Sequence record: KC821629.1
DNA length: 32,000 bases
From: Cellulophaga phage phi38:2
Direction: 5' to 3' (one strand)
Position numbers and translations under genes: made by a program. Under the pieces are notes generated by a model, which worked only from the letters and a program-made list of their open reading frames with translations, was not told the DNA's origin and did no database searches. Below are positions 9,874 through 18,711 of this stretch, in pieces (the stretch's first letter is position 1; every line of letters starts with the position of its first letter).

Positions 9874-10034
9874 CTTACTGTTTTTGTTTAAATTAATTAT
9901 TTTTAAATTTTTACTCTTTGATATTTGCTTAGCTTCTTCTTTTGTCAAAACACCTAATCCGTAAACTGAACTAGGATTTTCTTTTAAACTTTCTTTTTGT
10001 TTCCAAAGTCTTTCGTTTTGAAAATAATACCGCA

Positions 10035-11687
10035 TTATTTCTTAAACTTCAAGTTCATATCTAGTAGCACTTTGTAAAGTCGTCTACTATTCCAATTTGC
10101 CCATTTAGCGTACTCCTTAATAGTTTTCTCTTCTTTTCTAGACCATAGCTGATTGTATAACCAGTGAATATGATACGCTTGAATCTCTCTATAAGTTGTT
10201 AGTTCTTGAAAATCCATATCTTTAAACGCTTTAGCTTTCAATGATACGCCTTTTTCATCAACTATCGAAGCGAGTTGTAAATCAGCGTCTTTGACTTTAT
10301 CTTTATCTTCTGGGTATTTAAAACCGCAGAAAGGACAAAGTTTGTAAGCTGCTAAAATAAGTCTTTCACATCCTTTTTTAACTTCACCAGCGCCTTTTAA
10401 TTTGTTAAGCTTTGAATCTTCTCCGCAAATTTTCATCGGCGGAACACCTCCATCAGTTTTTGTTTCTTCATGCCATAAGCTCCAGTCTCTTTCAACATCG
10501 TAAGGACCAAACCTGCCTTTATTGCCTCCGAAATCTAAAACTGTAAAATTGAATTTATCAATACTACCATCTCTTATAATCCTAGCTCCACGACCCAATA
10601 TCTGCAAATATAAAACCAGCGACATAGTTGCTCTATACAGCCCTATAAAAGTAACAGTAGGGTCATCAAATCCCGTAGTAGCTATATCAACATTGACTAA
10701 AATTCCGTCTTTACTCTTCTTAAACCACTCAAAAACTTGTTCCCTTTCACCGCTTAATTTGTGAAAGTTTTTTTGATACAATTTATACGACTTAAATTTT
10801 TCATCAAAAATAGCTTTAGAAGCTGGTGTCCATTTCCTTGGCTCCTTTGGAGAAGAAGGATTTGACGCTATAAACTTAGCGGGTATTCCTGCTTTGTGCA
10901 ACTGCTTAGCTGTTTTAATTGCGTGCTCAACATTACAACAGAACACCATTCCTTTTTTACCCTTTGCGAATTTTAAATAATTCTTCACCAATCCTTTGTA
11001 TAGTTTAGCGTTGTCGTAAGTTTTGAATAAAGATGATTCTGAAAAATCCCCTTTGCTTTTATTTACAGCTACACTGGTTAAATCAGGTTCACCGCAATTA
11101 TAAATATCGCAATTTAATAAATACCCTTTTTTAATTAACCACTTTATAGGCTTTCCTTTAACTATAGCATCATATTGCACGCCTAACTGAACCATCTTCC
11201 CACTCCTTACAGGTGTAGCTGTAAAGCCTATAACGTACTTCTTTTTCATCCACGGTATTTCAAATACCCAATTGAATTCTTGCTTGTGCGCTTCATCTAT
11301 TATAATTAAATCAATTTCGTTTTTAACAAAATTTAACCAAACAGGACTTTTCATTCTGTTTTGCATAGTGCGCGACATGCCTACGTAAATATCTTTCGTT
11401 TTGTCAATGAACTTTACTCCGCTAGAAATATAGAAAGGATTCATTTTGAATTTTTCTATCGTTCCACCAGCTTGAGACAGTAGCTCAGTTCTATCAGTCA
11501 ATATAAGTACTTTTTTACTTTTCTTTGATACTCTAGATGATATAGCTGAGAACATAATAGTTTTACCTGAACCTGTAGCTGATTGCCCTAGAACATGGTA
11601 ATTTCCTTTTCTAAATTGCTTATTTATATTCTTTACAAAACTTTCTTGGTACTTGTATAAAATAATATCTTCAACTGTTTCCTTCAT
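10035..11687 (-). CDS. SF2 DEAH-box helicase
   Basis: 550 aa; Walker A QSATGSGKT, DEAH box DLIIIDEAHK, motif VI QILGRGARI, C-terminal CPFCGF. Confidence 0.9.
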   Translation of the reverse strand: MKETVEDIILYKYQESFVKNINKQFRKGNYHVLGQSATGSGKTIMFSAISSRVSKKSKKVLILTDRTELLSQAGGTIEKFKMNPFYISSGVKFIDKTKDIYVGMSRTMQNRMKSPVWLNFVKNEIDLIIIDEAHKQEFNWVFEIPWMKKKYVIGFTATPVRSGKMVQLGVQYDAIVKGKPIKWLIKKGYLLNCDIYNCGEPDLTSVAVNKSKGDFSESSLFKTYDNAKLYKGLVKNYLKFAKGKKGMVFCCNVEHAIKTAKQLHKAGIPAKFIASNPSSPKEPRKWTPASKAIFDEKFKSYKLYQKNFHKLSGEREQVFEWFKKSKDGILVNVDIATTGFDDPTVTFIGLYRATMSLVLYLQILGRGARIIRDGSIDKFNFTVLDFGGNKGRFGPYDVERDWSLWHEETKTDGGVPPMKICGEDSKLNKLKGAGEVKKGCERLILAAYKLCPFCGFKYPEDKDKVKDADLQLASIVDEKGVSLKAKAFKDMDFQELTTYREIQAYHIHWLYNQLWSRKEEKTIKEYAKWANWNSRRLYKVLLDMNLKFKK

Positions 11688-11688
11688 A

Positions 11689-11730
11689 CAAATATACTTT
11701 CTTATTTGTTCTTATGCAAAACTTTTTGCA
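11689..11730 (-). promoter_or_regulatory. Bacteroidetes-type promoter with palindromic operator
   Basis: TGCAAAAAGTTTTGCA (11730-11715), TTTTG-N20-TATATTTG (-7 box 11696-11689). Confidence 0.7.
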
Positions 11731-11859
11731 TTTTTAATTAATAAACCAACACCTTTCTCTTTACTTTCAATAAAATTGTATTCACTTTTTGAGAACCATT
11801 TCTTTTTTGAGCCTCCGAAAGGACCTATTTCAGTAAGTATACACCAATGAGTATCGTTT

Positions 11860-12897
11860 TCAGACCAACAAGGGAATACTACTTTTTTCGGTTCTTCTTG
11901 ATGTTTTTTTTAAACTTTCTATGAATTTCGATTTTGATTTTGATATAATTTTAACATCAGTTTCATTATTCATTTCACCAGCAAACGGTAAAGGCGGAAT
12001 ATACTTGTTTAATTTTTCAGGATTGTCTTCGTAAAAAGAAATACATTCGCTAAGTACTGTATCTAAATCTCCGCCGTCTGAGAGCCAATCATTTAAAGCA
12101 TCTTCAGCAATAGCTAATCTTTTAAGTAAAGCGTCTTGATGTGGCTTAGAAGCTTTTACAATTTCGATTGAAACCTTACATTCCTTTTTAAAGTCTTCAT
12201 ACAACTCCATTATGTCGCCTTGGTGAAATAAATACTTAGTTTTGTCTTCCGGGGGTTCAGCTACTACATAGTAGCAGGTGTCTACATTGTGAGCAATAGT
12301 TTGTCCGCATATCTGCCAAAAGTCTTTACTCTTTTCGTCAGTAGTTTTGAACGTCCTATCGTAATGAGTAGTCCATCTAGTACATGCTTTCATTTCTACT
12401 GTAGCTTCAGTCTTACCATTTAAAACCACAATTGAATCCGACGAAACTCCAGCGTTGGGCATTGAGTCGAATTTTTTAAAACCTACTTTTTTAAGCTTGC
12501 CTTCAACTTTCATCTCCTTAAGCTTTTCCTTAGTGATTCTACGTATTAAAGGCTCAACTTTAGTTCCGTACTGCATATCCCAGCTCCCGTCACCGTCGTC
12601 TACATATCTGCCAGTTTGCCTTTCTTTAGCATTTTCATAGATATACTTTATAGAAGTTAATCCAAAAGAGAAAACTTTATCAAGGTTATCCCAGCTTCCT
12701 TTTCCTTTTCCTTGAGCGCAAGACATAAGGCTAGCTAGTTGGCTTCCTGTCCATCTACCTCGCCTATCAATCTTCCATTTCTTTGTTCGCTGAAGTTCTT
12801 TCTTTTTAGCTTTCTTTTCCTTTTTTGAAACTTTTATTTGAATAGCGCTTTCGTTAACTGTTGAAAAGCTTATATTGGTTTTTTTAAGCTTAGACAT
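11860..12897 (-). CDS. YqaJ/lambda-exonuclease-like recombinase nuclease
   Basis: 345 aa; TGSQLASLM, MQYGTKVEPLIR, PNAGVSSDSIV..EATVEMKAC catalytic pattern; adjacent to annealase-like gene. Confidence 0.75.
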   Translation of the reverse strand: MSKLKKTNISFSTVNESAIQIKVSKKEKKAKKKELQRTKKWKIDRRGRWTGSQLASLMSCAQGKGKGSWDNLDKVFSFGLTSIKYIYENAKERQTGRYVDDGDGSWDMQYGTKVEPLIRRITKEKLKEMKVEGKLKKVGFKKFDSMPNAGVSSDSIVVLNGKTEATVEMKACTRWTTHYDRTFKTTDEKSKDFWQICGQTIAHNVDTCYYVVAEPPEDKTKYLFHQGDIMELYEDFKKECKVSIEIVKASKPHQDALLKRLAIAEDALNDWLSDGGDLDTVLSECISFYEDNPEKLNKYIPPLPFAGEMNNETDVKIISKSKSKFIESLKKTSRRTEKSSIPLLV

Positions 12898-13452
12898 CTA
12901 TTTATTTTTAGCTTTCTTTGATTTCTTTTTAGGAGCTTCTTCGTTCTTTGAAAGATTATAGTCTGAGCTAATTGCTCTACCTAAGTTTCTTCCAAATATA
13001 TTACCTATAGTGCTTAAAGCGTTACTGATTGCCGCTGTTCTAGCTGCTGGCAAGTTATATTCAAGTGCGTTGGTTTTTTTACCTAAAGGAAATTTAGCTA
13101 CTGAAGCACCTGAGTCACATTGAACAGGTTTTGAACCTAAGCCTGAAAAGTATCGATATTCAGCGTTAGGGTAACTAGGTAATCCTTGACATTTTACATG
13201 TACAACTATTTCGTTAACAACTAATTCAGACCTAGCATCAATAACATCAAAAGCATCAAAAAATATGTCCTGAAGAGCTTGTTGGTATTGAATTGGTAAA
13301 TAAGTTGATTTTTTAGCTCCGCCTAAAGTTCTTTCTTTTATCCATCCACCACTTGGAGCGGCATTGAGCGCTTTTTGCCAAGCTTTCTTTGAATTAAAGT
13401 TGTGCTCTTCAGTTGTCACTATTGCTTTTGGTGTTTCTTCTTCTTTACTCAT
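12898..13452 (-). CDS. single-strand annealing protein-like recombinase
   Basis: 184 aa; LPAARTAAISNALSTIGNIFGRNLGR; partner position beside YqaJ-type exonuclease. Confidence 0.55.
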   Translation of the reverse strand: MSKEEETPKAIVTTEEHNFNSKKAWQKALNAAPSGGWIKERTLGGAKKSTYLPIQYQQALQDIFFDAFDVIDARSELVVNEIVVHVKCQGLPSYPNAEYRYFSGLGSKPVQCDSGASVAKFPLGKKTNALEYNLPAARTAAISNALSTIGNIFGRNLGRAISSDYNLSKNEEAPKKKSKKAKNK

Positions 13453-13798
13453 CGAAATATTTTACAGGAATTAAAATTTGTTCATTACTTAAGTATATTC
13501 CAAAATCATTTACATCAGTTTCTTCACTAAATAATTTAGGTTCATTTTCAATTACTCCTTTTGAGTTTATTAACCAATAAGGTTTTCCGTAACTAGGTTT
13601 CCAAACTGCTCTTTTTTCTTTTTTGTTTTTGTCACTTTTAACATAATGCGAAACTTCAAGAAAGTCAATCTTTTTTCCTTTTCTTAAGCTTATCTTTATT
13701 TGAACGGTTTTTTCCTTTTTTGTCTTTTTTTCCTTTTTTGTCTTTTTTTCCTTTTTTGTCTTTTTTTCCTTTTTTGTCTTTTTTTCCTTTTTTGCCAT
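13445..13798 (-). CDS. hypothetical protein with N-terminal KKEKKT repeats
   Basis: ORF track start 13822, likely start MAKKEKK at 13798; overlaps the following ORF in a different frame. Confidence 0.6.
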   Translation of the reverse strand: MAKKEKKTKKEKKTKKEKKTKKEKKTKKEKTVQIKISLRKGKKIDFLEVSHYVKSDKNKKEKRAVWKPSYGKPYWLINSKGVIENEPKLFSEETDVNDFGIYLSNEQILIPVKYFDE

Positions 13799-14027
13799 CG
13801 CTGAAATGTTGTTTGATTTCATTCACCTGCTCCCTTGTGTATCCAACTCTATTATTATGAGCGTCACAGCAAACCCAGGAACTTTCTTCAGTTAAGTGAC
13901 TAGCAAATCCTGATTGCTTAGTTGTTCCGTCTTTAAAAATCAAAGAACATTGAAAATCAGATTTACCTACTTCTATTGGAATTTTCAGGAATATTTCTCC
14001 TTTTTTGAATTTCTTTATCAAGTTCAT
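13665..14027 (-). CDS. hypothetical protein with C-terminal KKGKKD repeats
   Basis: 120 aa ORF with a non-repetitive N-terminal domain; repeat region shared with the neighbouring ORF. Confidence 0.55.
   Translation of the reverse strand: MNLIKKFKKGEIFLKIPIEVGKSDFQCSLIFKDGTTKQSGFASHLTEESSWVCCDAHNNRVGYTREQVNEIKQHFSDGKKGKKDKKGKKDKKGKKDKKGKKDKKGKNRSNKDKLKKRKKD
13711..13798 (-). repeat. 18-bp tandem repeat (GACAAAAAAGGAAAAAAA)
   Basis: G of gtc at 13722, 13740, 13758, 13776 shows an exact 18-bp period. Confidence 0.9.
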
Positions 14028-14136
14028 TTAACGTTTTGTTAAAATTAATGTCGTTTTCTATTTTCGAAGAAGTAACTGTTTTTCCCGATATATTAATACC
14101 TATGAATTTAAACTCAATAGCTTTTCCTTTTCTCAT
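13963..14136 (-). CDS. possible 57-aa ORF MRKGKAIEFKFIGINISGKTVTSSKIENDINFNKTLNELDKEIQKRRNIPENSNRSR
   Basis: hand-translated; below the provided ORF length cutoff; overlaps the start of 14027..13665. Confidence 0.35.
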   Translation of the reverse strand: MRKGKAIEFKFIGINISGKTVTSSKIENDINFNKTLNELDKEIQKRRNIPENSNRSR

Positions 14137-14161
14137 AGCATGTGTTTTATTATCTACGAAG

Positions 14162-14203
14162 CGAATATACGATGCTTTATAGAATTATGCAAATGTTTTT
14201 GCA
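14162..14203 (-). promoter_or_regulatory. variant promoter with imperfect palindrome
   Basis: TGCAAAAACATTTGCA (one arm mismatch), variant -7 box TATATTCG at the same spacing as the other copies. Confidence 0.5.
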
Positions 14204-14208
14204 TAAAT

Positions 14209-15108
14209 TTAATACCTTATGCCATGTTTGTCAGTTATGTGAAAGAAACTTGAAAGAGAAACTTTGTTCATATTTCTACATCCATCAAACTTTGCATCAG
14301 CTTTCTTGTACTTATAACCACTATAGAATCTACTAATTCTGTGAAAATAATCTCTTCCGTTTTCTCCAAACGAATTGTATAAAGCACCCGCTATTTTATA
14401 CCAATCCTGGTAATCAGAAGTTATATCAACACCATTAGCTTCAATAACACTTATAATTGACTCGACTTTTTGCTGGTCGTCTTTATTGTTAAAATTTTCA
14501 GTTCGCTTAGCTTTTATCTTTCGTTTTTTAGGTATTTCATAAGCTTCGGCTTTCTTGTTGTAATAAGCGTTAGGGTCATAGCTAAAAAACCTTAATCTAG
14601 TGCGGTCTTTACAGCTTTCATCAATGTTAACTCCTATTCTATTAAGCTTCTTTTTAAAGTGCTTAAAAGCTTTTAAAAGCGATGTTCCTTTCTTTAACCT
14701 TATTATTATATACATTCCATCTTGAACATCTTTTCCATTGCTTGAAACTGAATAACCAACATAGTAACAGCTTTTCACATTGATAAAAAGCTCTTTCACT
14801 TTTTCAAGGTCGACGCATAAGTTACATTTGGAAGTTTTATTCTTAGCATACCTGTCAATGTCAAGAACTATAAAATCATTCTTTTTCCTTATGTTATCTA
14901 GATGGCGTCTGTCTTTGAAAGTAGCTGAAATAGTGACGCAAGGAATACTCCTTTTAAGTCTAGCAAAACCAAGCTTTCTGTATTGATTAACTTTGCTTTT
15001 TAACTCACTAGGAGGGTCGATAGTTTTACTAAGCCAGTCATCAAGGTTAGTTGACTTTGGCTTAGTATCACCTACATTTTCAAAATAAGATATTTTATGC
15101 TTTTTCAT
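14209..15108 (-). CDS. primase N-terminal half (VirE_N/BT4734-like plus PriCT-like domain)
   Basis: 299 aa; FIVLDIDRYAK, YYVGYSVSSNGKDVQDGMYIIIRL, DYQDWYKIAGALYNSFGENGRDYFHRISRFYSGY. Confidence 0.65.
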   Translation of the reverse strand: MKKHKISYFENVGDTKPKSTNLDDWLSKTIDPPSELKSKVNQYRKLGFARLKRSIPCVTISATFKDRRHLDNIRKKNDFIVLDIDRYAKNKTSKCNLCVDLEKVKELFINVKSCYYVGYSVSSNGKDVQDGMYIIIRLKKGTSLLKAFKHFKKKLNRIGVNIDESCKDRTRLRFFSYDPNAYYNKKAEAYEIPKKRKIKAKRTENFNNKDDQQKVESIISVIEANGVDITSDYQDWYKIAGALYNSFGENGRDYFHRISRFYSGYKYKKADAKFDGCRNMNKVSLSSFFHITDKHGIRY

Positions 15109-16177
15109 TCACCATGATTGGAGACAATATTCCTGTTTTCTTTTTATGCTTGATGAATAAAAAGTTTCTAGAATCTAAATACAATTTAGGTGATTCGTTG
15201 AAAACTGAAAGTATTTCAATTAAATACTTGTAATTGAAACCAACAAGTTTTTTCTCGGTAAAACTAACATCCATCACTTCCTCAGCTCTAGTATTCATTG
15301 CTTCATTAAAACTAGATATTTCCATTTCTTTTTTAGTTATATCTAGAGTCACTGAAGGGTTCTTGTCTTTAGCAGATAAAACTGAAACTCTTTTAAGTGC
15401 TGTTGAAAACTGATTTACGTCAAGCTTCAATTCAGTTGCTTGTTTTATAGTGTCAATTAAAGTTGAAAACATCTTAATCGGAAAAGTTCCTTTTTGTTGT
15501 ATAACTATAATTTCAGTATTACTAAATTTAAAGTAAATTTTATCTGAATTATAACGCAATTGCAGCTCCTCAGAATCTTCTATTAATGCAAATAAAGCAG
15601 AAGAAGACTTATTACTTAAAAGTATGTCTTCGCTATCACCGCTTCCTTTAATCTTTTCAGAAAAAAGTCTATGCTTATCAGTAGCTCTTATCCATATACT
15701 GTCTGAAATAGAAATTGAAACATTTCCCATCGTATCCATTTGGTCGTCTAATAAAAATTTATTAGCAACTTTTAAGCTTGATTTAAATGTTTTGCAATCT
15801 ATAGTCGCTTTTTTATCAAACTTATTATTTTGAGGATTAGGAAACTCAATCACTTCGTATGTAGGTATTTTAAAATTACCTTTCTGGTGTGTCACGCTTA
15901 ATGAATTTTTAAGAAACGCGACATTAACTTCAGTATCTGAAATAACTTTAATAGCACTTAGCAGCATTGAGAAGTCTACACATAAAGATACTTCTTTGAC
16001 GCTTTTTAATTTAAACGAATTAGAGCACCTTACTTCAAGGTTATCACCTGTAGCTGTTAAGCTTTCTTTAGTGAAATCTAGCTTAACGGTTTGAAGTATT
16101 GGAGTACTGTGGTTTTGATTGACTACAGACTGCAAAGGGCTTAAAATTGATAGAAATAATTTTGTATTAATTTTCAT
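15095..16177 (-). CDS. dnaN: DNA polymerase III beta subunit-like sliding clamp
   Basis: 360 aa; LSILSPLQSVVNQNHSTPILQTVKLDF, LTATGDNLEVRC, TIDTIKQATELKLDVNQFSTALKRVSVLSAKD, FNYKYLIEIL domain pattern. Confidence 0.8.
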   Translation of the reverse strand: MKINTKLFLSILSPLQSVVNQNHSTPILQTVKLDFTKESLTATGDNLEVRCSNSFKLKSVKEVSLCVDFSMLLSAIKVISDTEVNVAFLKNSLSVTHQKGNFKIPTYEVIEFPNPQNNKFDKKATIDCKTFKSSLKVANKFLLDDQMDTMGNVSISISDSIWIRATDKHRLFSEKIKGSGDSEDILLSNKSSSALFALIEDSEELQLRYNSDKIYFKFSNTEIIVIQQKGTFPIKMFSTLIDTIKQATELKLDVNQFSTALKRVSVLSAKDKNPSVTLDITKKEMEISSFNEAMNTRAEEVMDVSFTEKKLVGFNYKYLIEILSVFNESPKLYLDSRNFLFIKHKKKTGILSPIMVNEKA

Positions 16178-16415
16178 TTTTCGCGAAGTTTTTACCGTTG
16201 TTTGTTTGCTTGTGATTTCTCAACCATTTAGAAGCTGTTTTAGCTGCTGTAATACCTGAAATCGTTTTAGCTTTACTATTGTTCATAGAGTCTTGATCAG
16301 AGAAGTTTCTCATTGCTCTAGTTGCTTGGTTTTCATGTTCCATTATACTCCTGTTTTTTGGTTCCAAATTACTATATGAAGTCTTTCGCTGTATCTTAAT
16401 CCTAGATTTATACAT
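16167..16415 (-). CDS. hypothetical small basic protein
   Basis: 82 aa ORF between clamp and queE; overlaps both neighbours. Confidence 0.35.
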   Translation of the reverse strand: MYKSRIKIQRKTSYSNLEPKNRSIMEHENQATRAMRNFSDQDSMNNSKAKTISGITAAKTASKWLRNHKQTNNGKNFAKNEN

Positions 16416-17059
16416 TGCTCAACTACTATTTTTCTAGTTTCAGTAAGCTCATCTCTAGTAGCTCCTGCCGGCATCAATATTATGTCTTTTTGATTTATAA
16501 AATCAAAATCATTAGCTATCTCAATTAAATCATCAGCATGAGATATCACGAATTTAAAAGTTGATATATTGCCTTTGTATTGCGACATTTTATTGAGTGC
16601 TTCAACGTTAATTCTACGATGCTTGCTTTCGCCGGAATTACTTAGTTTAGGGCTGCAATTCCAATGCCTAATCCTCCATAACAACACGTCACTTGGAGTT
16701 ATAGTTCCATTTGTTTCAATTTCAATTACAGGAAACAACTTTTTTTCTAATTGTAGCCATTCAAGAAACTTTTCAATCTTTGCCATATGCAGCAAGGGCT
16801 CGCCTCCTGTAATGACTAAATGAACTCTATGTGTCTTCAATCTTTCAATTTCAACATCAGTAAAAACAGCATCAAAACTGGTTTTAGTACCCTTTCTCCA
16901 TACCTCGATTGAGTCACATATCCAGTTTGAAGATTTACATAATAAATTACAACCCGATAACCTTAAAAATATAGCAGGAATTCCTGTTGTGCGTCCTTCG
17001 CCTTGTATGCTTAGGAATTTTTCTGATACGTTTAAAAAATCTCTATCTTCCTTTTCCAT
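16343..17059 (-). CDS. queE: 7-carboxy-7-deazaguanine synthase
   Basis: radical SAM; FLSIQGEGRTTGIPAIFLRLSGCNLLC...CD, VITGGEPLL; ORF track start 17116, likely start MEKEDRDF at 17059. Confidence 0.88.
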   Translation of the reverse strand: MEKEDRDFLNVSEKFLSIQGEGRTTGIPAIFLRLSGCNLLCKSSNWICDSIEVWRKGTKTSFDAVFTDVEIERLKTHRVHLVITGGEPLLHMAKIEKFLEWLQLEKKLFPVIEIETNGTITPSDVLLWRIRHWNCSPKLSNSGESKHRRINVEALNKMSQYKGNISTFKFVISHADDLIEIANDFDFINQKDIILMPAGATRDELTETRKIVVEQCINLGLRYSERLHIVIWNQKTGV

Positions 17060-17534
17060 AATATATTGCTGAATTTTTTTCGTTTTCAATACACTCGACG
17101 CAAAGAATTTTTGCATCGTTATTTTTGCTAATATAACCTAATTTATTATTTAAGAAATGCCAAACAAATTCAGCGAAATACTCACAGCCAACTCTTTCAA
17201 GTATTCTTAAATCTAAAGCCTCTCTATCAAGTTCTTGTAAAGCTTGTCTTGACGGATCATCTATAGCTACTATAGTAGTGTGATCAAACATGTAAGAAAA
17301 CCAATCTCTTATTGTCCAAGATCCAGTTTCATCTATCATGTTGGGTACTTTAGTTTTCAAGAATCCGAAATCCATCACCCAATTATTAGCGTCCAACGTG
17401 CTACTCTCAAAAGTTACTTTAAATTTTAAAGAGTATCCGTGTAGAAGCCTACAGTGGGATTCAGCTCTAAATTGTCTGAAACACGCACTGAAGCCGTCTA
17501 TCACTTTAGTTGATTGATACAACCCTCTATCCAT
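17043..17534 (-). CDS. queD: 6-carboxytetrahydropterin synthase-like
   Basis: 163 aa; GFSACFRQFRAESHCRLLHGYSLKFKVTFE...NWVMDFGFLK...DHTTIVAIDDP. Confidence 0.85.
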   Translation of the reverse strand: MDRGLYQSTKVIDGFSACFRQFRAESHCRLLHGYSLKFKVTFESSTLDANNWVMDFGFLKTKVPNMIDETGSWTIRDWFSYMFDHTTIVAIDDPSRQALQELDREALDLRILERVGCEYFAEFVWHFLNNKLGYISKNNDAKILCVECIENEKNSAIYYGKGR

Positions 17535-18237
17535 TCTTGTTAACGTTTAAAGGATTATTCATTCTTTCTAAATGAAGAAAATCTTCATAACCTTTAACTC
17601 TAAGCAAACAAGCTGGACAAGTTCCGCACCCTTTGCCTGACTCTAAGACTATATCTCTTACTCCATTGTAACAAGTATGAGATTCAGCTAAAACAGCTTC
17701 TAAGCAGTTCTCTTGCTTTGCTAACATAAAAGTTTCAGCTTTATTTAGATGCATTAATGGAGTATCAATTGCGATAGTTGACATAGAGCCTAAGTTAGTA
17801 ACGCCTTGAAGTGCTGTAATGAATTCAAGTCTACAATCAGGGTAACCGCTGTAATCAGTTTGGCAAACTCCTGTTACTAGTGCTTGAGCTCCTATTTTTT
17901 GAGCGTAGGCATGTGAAAGAGTTATGAATAATTGATTTCTATTAGGAACGAATGAAGCTGGTAATCCTTTTTCATTTATCAGCTCTACATTTCCGTTAGA
18001 AGTTAGTGCTGATTCAACTAACGTATCTAGAAACGATATATCAATAACGGTTTGCTTAACTGAAGGAGCGTATTTTTCTAAAATGATTTTAGATTGCTCA
18101 ATTTCAACGCTATGCTTTTGACCGTAATTAAAAGTTATAGCCTCAACTTCATCGTATCTGTTTAAAGCCCAGAATAGGCAGGTTGTAGAATCTTGTCCTC
18201 CTGAAAAGATTACCACCGCTTTTGTTGTTTTCTGCAT
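17527..18237 (-). CDS. queC: 7-cyano-7-deazaguanine synthase
   Basis: 236 aa; FSGGQDSTTC PP-loop, NYGQKH, FVPNRN, zinc site CYNG...GCGTCPAC. Confidence 0.93.
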   Translation of the reverse strand: MQKTTKAVVIFSGGQDSTTCLFWALNRYDEVEAITFNYGQKHSVEIEQSKIILEKYAPSVKQTVIDISFLDTLVESALTSNGNVELINEKGLPASFVPNRNQLFITLSHAYAQKIGAQALVTGVCQTDYSGYPDCRLEFITALQGVTNLGSMSTIAIDTPLMHLNKAETFMLAKQENCLEAVLAESHTCYNGVRDIVLESGKGCGTCPACLLRVKGYEDFLHLERMNNPLNVNKNG

Positions 18238-18246
18238 TGTTTTAAT

Positions 18247-18711
18247 TTAAAATAGATTAACACTTGTTTCAGGTACCTCTTTCTGGTACTTTTTAAAATC
18301 GAACTTATTTAATAAAAGTAGTTCTTGAACTTCGTCGTACGAAAATACGGTAAATTTAGTGATTTCGTACTTACTTATTTTTTTATTTATGCGTTTTAAC
18401 GCTTTAGCTATTTGAACATAGTTATTTTCAAAATAGAAATCAACTTGCAAGTATAGCAATTGACACTCAGCTTCAGTAAGATCTTTGAATACTTTACACC
18501 AAACGTAATTTATATCAAGATTCTTAAGTATTGAAAAAACAACCTTACCATCTACGACTTCGTAAGTACCATCTTTTTTTCTGTTAACAATTATACTCTT
18601 TAACTGTCCTTTTTCTGTGATTGACTTTTCAAGCTTCTTGAAATCATCAACGTTGATATTTTTGAAACTCCATTCAGGAATAACAATATCATTAATATTT
18701 ATTTGTTCCAT
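18247..18711 (-). CDS. ParB/Srx-like domain protein ending in SVNLF
   Basis: 154 aa; IEQLKSII-type layout: LEKSITEKGQLKSIIVNRKKDGTYEVVDGKVVFSILK. Confidence 0.7.
   Translation of the reverse strand: MEQININDIVIPEWSFKNINVDDFKKLEKSITEKGQLKSIIVNRKKDGTYEVVDGKVVFSILKNLDINYVWCKVFKDLTEAECQLLYLQVDFYFENNYVQIAKALKRINKKISKYEITKFTVFSYDEVQELLLLNKFDFKKYQKEVPETSVNLF

Noticed and set aside
11653-11850. + strand ORF of 65 aa opposite the exonuclease/helicase junction
   Set aside because: It is antisense to the frameshift extension, hydrophobic/low-complexity and lacks a promoter; likely a shadow ORF.
13711-13798. Canonical dnaX-style -1 frameshift at A AAA AAG
   Set aside because: A AAA AAG occurs, but moving from the KKGKKD frame to the KKEKKT frame needs +1 or -2, so the classic -1 mechanism does not connect these ORFs; only slippage in general remains possible.
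17043-17534. QueD appears to lack the canonical AAHR and HGH zinc motifs (has SACFRQF and HGY)
   Set aside because: The pattern FRQ(W/F)RAxSHCRxLHGY is, from memory, characteristic of a known QueD-like subfamily, so this is unlikely to indicate degeneration.
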